Origin: Cyanophora paradoxa CCMP329
Taxonomy: Eukaryota; Plantae; Glaucophyta
Length of the DNA stretch: 64,000 bases
Reading direction: 5' to 3'
Assembly: GCA_004431415.1 (NCBI GenBank)
Contig: QPMI01000502.1
Span: 1 to 64,000, forward strand
Under the pieces are notes generated by a model. The model saw only the letters and a list, made by a program, of their open reading frames with translations. It ran no database searches and was not told the DNA's origin. Below are positions 57,101 to 64,000 of the stretch, piece after piece (within the stretch, counting starts at the first letter, position 1; each line of letters begins with the position of its first letter). The position numbers were made by a program, and so were the translations under genes.

Positions 57101-59237
57101 CGGGGGGCTGGAAGAGGCCGCCGGGGGCCGCGGCGTCCGAGCAGGCGGCGAGCTCGGCCGGGGAGAAGGCGCGGAAGGGGTGCAGGGCGTAGTGGACGAG
57201 GCAGAGCCCGCCGGGCGGCGTCACGAGCGTCGGGTTCAGCACGGGCGCGTCGCTGCCGACGGCGGCGGAGGCGGCGGCGTCGTCCGGAGAGGCGGAGAGG
57301 GCGCGGAACCAGTCCGCCATCTCCCGCGGGGCGTCCCCGAAGTGGCCCCCGACGATGTCGGCGATGCGCGCCGCCTCCGACTCGCGCCCGCCGATCGCGG
57401 CGTCGTTCGTCCGCAGCTCGGGCCGGGGCGCCCCGGCGCCCGGGCCGGCCGAGCGGGAGGCGAGCCTGGCCGTCACGCGCAGGTCGTGGGAGTGGCGCTG
57501 CACGCGCGCCTGCGCCAGCGTCGGGAGGCCCTCCGAGAGCCAGTACTCCCACACCTGCGCCGCGCCACTTGGGCGGCGGAGGCGGGCCCGGGGAGGCGGG
57601 GGCGGCACCTCGCGGAGGAGGGCGAGGTCGCCGGGGCAGGGGACGCGGAGCCAGGCGCCGTGCGGGGAGGCGGCCCAGGCCTCGGGGCTCGCGGCGGCGC
57701 CGGCGAGCTCGGCCAGCAGCGCGCCGAGGCGGCGGCGCTGGCCGGGGCGCATGTCGAGGCAGAACCAGAGGCGCCAGAGGAAGAGCGCATCCTCCTCCGC
57801 GGCCGGCCCCGCCATGCGCGAGGCCGCCACCAGCAGCAGCGCGTCCCTGCGCGCGCGGGGCGCGGGAGCAGACTCAGAACGAAGCCGCAAGACGGCCGGG
57901 AGCGGCGCTCGCCTCGCGAGGACGCAGCGGTCGATGTCGCAGAGGTGGAAGGCGAGGGGCGGGCCCGCCGGCCCCGCCTCCTCCGCCGTCCGCAGCACGT
58001 TGCGCACGTCGCCGACGCCGAGGAAGAGCAGCGAGACGGGCGCCCCGCTCGCCGCGTGCGCCGCCTCGAGCTCTGCCCGCGAGGCCGCCGCCCGCGCCTC
58101 CGTGTTCCCGAAGGGGTACTGGCCGGCGGTGAGACGGCGCGTGCGCGCGCCCCGGCCCGCGCGCGCCGCACCTGCAGGTAGTGGTTGTCGTAGTACACGG
58201 GCCGCGCGAGGAGCGCCCCGCCCGTCGCCAGACGCGGCACTCGCGCCCTGTTCCCGTCCAGCGGCGCCGGCGGCGGCTCCGCCTCCGCCGCGCGCTCCGC
58301 CGCCTCCAGCCCGTCCCTTGCGTCGGCTTGCCCCGGGGCGAAGTCGAGGGCGAGGCGGAACGAGGCGGCCGCGTCGGCGTGGAGGCCTAGCGCGCGCAGG
58401 GCGCACCCCGCCCGCACGAAGAGCTTCGCCGCGACGGGCCGCTGCTCGGGGGCGACCCGGCCGGGGCTGCTCGGCCCCTGCAGGCCCCTTCAGCTCGCGA
58501 TCGGAGCGAGAGGCGGGCGGGGCGGAGGGCGCGCCATGAGAGCAAGCTCGGCGACGTCGGCGTGCCTTCCGAGCGCGAGGAGCGCCGCCGCGAGGTTCGC
58601 GCGCGCCGCCACGTCCCCGCTGCCGGCATCCTCGGCGAGCGCCGCGCGGTAGCGCTCCGCCGCGTCCAGCGGGCTCGTTGGCTGCGCGTCCCGGTGAGCA
58701 TCGAGGCGGGTGCCGGGGCGGATCGGAGGGTGAATCGAGAGCACGTACGAACAGCGCATTGCCCGCCTCGCGCAGGTCCCGGGCGGCGGTCGCACCGCGC
58801 TCGGAACAGAGAGCCTCCTCACGACCGCGCTCGTAGGTGGCTTTCAGCGCGGCGCCGCAGTCCATGGAGCCGGCCGCTGCCGCGCACTCGTCGGCTGCCT
58901 CCGAGAAGCGACGGAGCGCGTAGAGCGCCCTCGCTAGGCGCCAATGGGCCTTCGCAGAAGGCCTGAGGCCGAGAGACGCGCGCGCGTCCCGCTCAGCCTC
59001 CTCCAGACGCCCAGCTCGAAGCAAGGCCGCCGACCTGTCACTCGCATTCAGGCGGAGGCGCGCAAGCACGCGAGTGTCCCGCGCGTACCTGTTGCCCAGG
59101 ATGGATGCGCGCTCCGATGCGCCCGTGCTCGCCCGCTCGAGCGCATTGTCGAAGCAATGAATGGCGTCCTTGTAGCAACCGCGCTTGTAGAGTGCCGCGC
59201 CGCGCTGCGCGCAGTCGGCTGCGCTCAAAGCACGCAT
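54133..59237 (-). CDS. TPR + DUF4470 + MYND zinc finger protein (many short introns)
   Basis: N-terminal TPRs; YPFGNT, LFLGVGDVRNVLRT, FDFIDGSNLAD; CDACG..CS|RCKGAWYCGAKCQREDW..HK..C. Confidence 0.85.
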
Positions 59238-59540
59238 ACGCGGCGCGCTCAGCGTGCGCTCGAGCTCGGTTAAAAGTTCGGTCGAACGCTCATAGAGTCT
59301 TGTGACGTACCCCACCTAAAACTTGTACCCCAACCAAGACTCGCGGTACCCTTCCGAGGGGGGCGGCTCGTGAGGGAAGATGCATATATAGCGCTGGGCA
59401 GATAGCCGCGGGAGCGACGGAGGCGGGCGGCGGCGCTGTGGCACCCAGCCTCGCGGACGGCGGCGGCTTCGAATTCGGATTAATTGCAGTTAAATGCATA
59501 TGCGCACAATCGAGGCTGGGGCGGCGGCGGCCCGCCGCGT

Positions 59541-61273
59541 CTACGCCGGGGCGTGCTTCGCCTCGGAGAACTTTGCGATGGCGCTGAAGAGCGCGTCGAA
59601 GTCCGCCTCGCTTGCTGTCGCCGGGCCCGTCCCCGTGAACCTGCCACGAAAGAGGGGGGTACCGTGAGGCTTCCCTGCGGGAGAGGTACGGGAGAGCACG
59701 CACAGGTCGAAGGTGCGGTTCGCGGCGCCGGCGGCCCTCAGCGAGCGGACCGCCATCTGAGGGGGCGGGGTAAGGGGGGGAGGAGGGGGGGTGGGGGGTG
59801 GGTGGGGGGTACTTCTGCGACGTCGGCGCGGGGCACGGAGGGGCGGCCGGCCCCCGCGATGTCGTCGTTCCCGACCAGGAGCTGCTTCTGCCCCGCCGGC
59901 TCGTCCAGGAGCCCTGCCGCCGCCGCGTCGGCCGGGCCGGTGCGGCCCGAGCCGGGCGGGGGCGGGGGCGGGGCGGGGACGGGGGCGGGCCTCCCGGGCG
60001 GATGACGGTGTACTTCAGGCCGCTCGCCCGCAGGTGGTCCTCCGCCTTCTTCTTCCTGCGCCCCGCCCCCGCTTCCTCGGGCCCGGCGCGGCGGGGCGGG
60101 CGGGACAGGGCGGGGCGCACCACTTGAGGATGTTGCCGTCGGGGCCCATCTTGTTGAGCATGTGGTTCGGGTCGGACATGCCTGGCGGGCGGGGGGCCAC
60201 CGGGTCAGGCGCGGCGCGGCGGGCGGCGCGGCGGGCGGGCGGCCGGACCCATGGAGGAGATGATCTGCGGGGCGGGATGAGAGGCGGGCGGGCGGGGCGG
60301 GGCGGGGCGGGGCGGGCGGGTGGGGCGCGGACCACGACGTGCTCGACGCCGGCGGCGCGGGCGGCCTCGATCTGGGCGACCTGCCCATGGAAGTCCACCG
60401 TCTCCGGCCACAGGCCCTCCGCGAACGTCGCCGTCGGCCGCTCCGCCCCGGGCGCGAACGTCACCACCGGCATCGCGCTGCGCGCTCGCGTTCGCGGGGC
60501 CGCCGCCGCGCGCGCCGGGCGCGACTGCGGGAAAGGCGCGCCTGCTGCAGATGACGAGGGCCTTGCAGCCAGCGAAGGCGGCGTCAAGGGCGCCGCGCAG
60601 CGCCGCCGGGTTCTTCTCGGGCGCCGCGTCGGCGAGGTTCCCGCTGAAGGCCCGCACGCCCTGCGCCGGCAGGTCCTGCGCCGCCTTCTCCGCGTTCCGC
60701 ACGAACTGCCGCCGCGCTCGCTCAAGCTTCGGCGGCGCGGCGAACCGCGGGGGAAGCGCACGGCGTGCACGAGCTTGCCGTCCTTCAAGAGGCGCTGCAC
60801 GACGAGCTTGCCAGTCTGCACGCTCCACGTCAAAAAGCGATCCCACAAGCGCGAGCGAGCGCTGGTTCTGGGTGTTTGTGATCATGATTGCGCACCCGGC
60901 CGGTCGCACCCGTGACAGCGACGGACATCTGTCGCGTGCAAAGCGCACTTAGAACAAGCTGTAGCTACGCGCTCGATATCTACGCGTTGGCGGGGATCAA
61001 AGCTGACCCTGCTCGAAGCACGTGCACGTGGGCGCGTCAGCGCGTATCGGAGACAGGGAGGCGGGAGGGCCGTAGGTTCGCGGTTACTCACTCTTCGGCG
61101 GAAGCGACGAACACGATGGTGGTCGCTGGAGCGAATCTGCGGTTACCGGCGGAAGAAGGGCCGGCAGCGGGGCGGCTGCTGCTGGGGCTAACGATTCGGC
61201 TGACGACTGGACTGCCGCAGAGCGAATTGAGGCCGGAGCGAGCGACGAACGGGGAGGCGGCAACGAAGGCCAT
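59541..61273 (-). CDS. Plastid-targeted NAD(P)-binding Rossmann protein (At5g02240-like atypical SDR)
   Basis: VAVTGATGR|TGKLVV, PETVDFHGQ..QIEAA, DPNHMLNKMG..NILKW|KKKAE..L..SGL.YTVIRPG|GLLD, VPRADVAE. Upstream exon MAFVAASPFV is a Ser/Ala/Arg-rich transit peptide. Confidence 0.85.
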
Positions 61274-61872
61274 CGATAGAAAGGCCGTTCGGTGGATCGA
61301 ACCCGAGCTCGATCGAGGCCTGCGCCTGCAGCTGGCCATGGCATGCATATATATGGCCATGGACGCCGGCCGCGCGCGGACGAACCGAGCTAGCGCTAAT
61401 AGACACGACGCTAACGTTAACTTAAGCTCTATCTCTCATGCCATGATGATCATGGGCCGGTGCGCGCTCAAAGAATGGGCGCGCGCACCCCATTCTTGAA
61501 TTCGAACACAATAAGCACAGATCTACAACTGAACGCTTCTGAGACCGGGGCAGACCTAGCGCCGCGCTGGCCGCAACTGCAGATGTAGACACGAAGAAAG
61601 GCACGTACGGGCCAGCCGAGACAGCCGGCCGGCCGCTTGCAATTGTAAATTGCCCCCGGTGCCAGATCGGCCCCAACAGCTGCTAGGGCTAGTCCAGATG
61701 TCGTAGGTCGTGTCTGAAATGCAATTGTAAAGCGCGTCTGAAATGCTCCCTCTCTCTCTCTAGCTGCGGAACGGATCCCGGAGAGAGAGTGAGAACGACG
61801 CAGCTGCATGCGCGGCAGCTGACGACATCGCGTCGGAGTAGGGTCGATCGGCGCGTGACCCCCAGTGCCATG

Positions 61873-62390
61873 CTAGCGCTGTTGCCGGAGTGAGCATTGG
61901 GCTTCGCGACATGTCACGCCTTCCGCGGCCGCAGTGACGCCTGCAGAGCGGTCGGATGACGCAAGGCGGGGCAGCGCAAGCGCCGCACCTTGACCAACTC
62001 CCAGCCATCGATCTGCGGCGCTATTGATCAGTGCCTCGTTTCGCATGCAAGCTACAGCGCAGCTGCAGCACGCGCTGCGGACCTGATACTGATACTTGAA
62101 CACAATGAAGATGAGAACGACCATCACAGTGTAGAATGCGATGTCCAGCTTCGTCGACAACCGCATCCCCTCCGGCCTCGCCTGCGCATGCAGGGCGTCG
62201 ACCCACGAAGCGCCACCTGCATGAGGCGCACCTCTTTCATCTGCATGATTCTCTGCTTCAGCTCAGCGAGGCTCTGCTTCTCCTCCTCCAACTCCCTGTC
62301 GAGCTCTGAGTTGCGGCTGGATACCGCCGCTGGTGCCAGATCTTGACCCTCCGCTCCATCGCCGGTATCATTCTCTCGCCTGCGCCGCAT
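61873..62390 (-). CDS. Small coiled-coil plus single-TM protein (spliced; 3' end uncertain)
   Basis: ELDRELEEEKQSLAELKQRIMQMKE | ..IAFYTVMVVLIFIVF. Confidence 0.5.
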
Positions 62391-62533
62391 GTTCGAGAGG
62401 CGGCGCACCGGGCGCAACTTTACCCGGGTACAGTCCCTTCAGCTATTCACAGCAGCCAGCAACAACCTCGGATCTACAGCAGCGGCGCGAGCTATTGCAG
62501 TCCCGGAGGGTGTGGGAGAGCGCGTAGATCACG

Positions 62534-63482
62534 ATGTCCGACGCGGGAGAGGATGAGGGTCCTCAGCCCATTGCGGTACTTGTGCTCGGCATCTTAGCAT
62601 GGCGTCCAGCGCTCACAGCGGGCCGCGCAGGAGTACGAGGGCCCCAGGAACGACCTAGGCGAGCGCCACGGGCTGGGCAAGACGAAGTACCCGAACGGTG
62701 CGACGGCCGGAGCGCTGCGGCGGCGAAGCGCGCTGACCAGGCGGACGCAGGCGACGTGTACGAGGGGCAGTATGTGAACGGCCTCAAGGAAGGCAAGGGC
62801 AAGTACATATACAAGCTGAAGGAGAAGATGACGGTGCAAGCGTACTATGAAGGAGACTGGGTCGCTGGGAAGAAGCAGGGCCACGGAACTTTCTTCTTTG
62901 AGAACGGCGGCAAGTACATCGGTGAGCGGGAGGCAAGATTGCCTTAGCTTTGGATGCCGCGCGCTCAAGCTACCCGCAGGCGAGTTCGCAGAGGACCAAA
63001 GGCACGGCCAAGGCACCTACGAGTATCCGAACGGCGACATTTACACAGGCCTGTGGGCGCGGGGGAAGAAGCACGGCCCTGGGAAGTACTACTGCAAGGC
63101 CAACAGCTCGACGGTGCGCGCCTGCGACCAAGCCGCGCCCCGGCCCGCTTGGCTGACGTGCCTGCGCGCCCTGCAGTTCGAGGGCCACTGGTTCAACGGG
63201 CAGTTCCGCAGCGGCGAGTGGCTCGCGCACAAGGACAAGTACAAGGGCTCTTTCCAGACCGACAAGCCGGTCCGCGCCGCGCCGCGGGCCTTCCGGTTCC
63301 TTTTCCTTCCTCGGCGCCGACGGGGCGGCAGATCGGGCGGGGCCACTACACGTTCTCGAACGGGAACGCGCAAGAGGGGACGTACCAGGTGACGAAGAAA
63401 GTGGTGAACGAGGAGGACCCCGAGGCGGAGGGCGCCACGGTGGAGGAGCTCAAGTGGAACGGCCGGCCCGTCGTCTCCCACC
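62534..63482 (+). CDS. RSPH1: MORN-repeat radial spoke head protein (RSPH1/RSP10-like)
   Basis: MSDAGEDE..|EYEGPRNDLGERHGLGKTKYPNG|DVYEG; successive MORN repeats joined in frame across five ~55-65 nt GT-AG introns. Confidence 0.8.
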
Positions 63483-63558
63483 GTGCGCCCGTCTCCCGCC
63501 CGCCCGGCGCCGGCTGCCCGCGCGGGCAGGCCCGCTGAGGGCGGGCGGCGCGGCGCAG

Positions 63559-64000
63559 AGCTGGACGACGGGACGCTGCCGCCGGGGGTGGACGAGGACG
63601 AGTCGGCGGAGTGGGGCAAGGACCCGCACAGCTTCATCCAGGCCCGCTTCGAGCGCTACGGCTCCGTCTTCCGCACCCGCGTGCGCCCCCGCCCCACCCC
63701 GCCCCGCCGCCCGCGCCCGCTGCAGGGCGCCGACGCCGCCGCCCCTGCCGGCGCAGGTCCACGGCACGCCGGCGATCGGCCTTGTGGGCCCCGCCAAGTA
63801 CCAGCTCTCCCTCGACAGCAGCCAGTTCACCCGGGAGGACGCCTACCCCGCCGGCTTCTCCGAGGCGCGCCGGCCCCCGCCCCCCGCCCCCCCTCCCCCT
63901 CACGAAGTCCGCCTCCGTTGACGAGGCGCCGCGCGCTGTGCAGCTGCTGAACGGGCAGGCGTGCGCGCTGCTGAACGGGCCGGACCACACGCGGCGGAAG
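63559..64000 (+). CDS. Cytochrome P450-like N-terminal region (runs off window)
   Basis: LPPG....DPHSFIQARFERYGSVFRTR|VHGTPAIGLVGP...|LLNG..ALLNGPDHTRRK. Confidence 0.7.

Noticed and set aside
47000-64000. Numerous long overlapping Arg/Pro/Ala/Gly-rich ORFs
   Set aside because: Artefacts of very high GC and read-through of short introns.

Overview
Eukaryotic genomic window made of nested mobile elements (1-~46 kb) next to very GC-rich, intron-dense host genes (~48-64 kb). A minus-strand Ty3/Gypsy LTR retrotransposon (gag 39435-37822; pol PR-RT-RH-IN) is interrupted twice by integrase-encoding Polinton-like viruses (PLVs). (i) A complete 23,759-bp element, PLV-B (12823-36581), has perfect 283-bp TIRs (TGTTGT...ACAACA) and a 6-bp TSD (TGCATT); removing it restores the pol frame (STLKMH|HTTIGT). 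It encodes pPolB, an rve integrase, an A32-like ATPase, a probable double-jelly-roll major capsid protein, two penton-like paralogs, a patatin phospholipase and an ~7-kb array of phage-like fibre genes (HxH repeats, C1q and lectin-like tips). No adenain-type protease is recognisable. (ii) The right part of a second, AT-rich and CpG-depleted element, PLV-A (1-~9271), carries Prim-Pol, a pPolB with a degenerate exonuclease domain and a related integrase, and abuts the retroelement's integrase C-terminus. Further right are a truncated Helitron-like Rep gene, ankyrin genes, a TPR-DUF4470-MYND gene, an NAD(P)-binding protein gene with an MAFV-type plastid transit peptide (suggesting a glaucophyte/red-lineage-type flagellated alga; inference) and an RSPH1-like MORN gene that appears to splice in frame into a cytochrome P450 domain. 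Many single-base frameshifts could be decay or assembly indels. All family assignments are from motif recognition by eye, not database searches.
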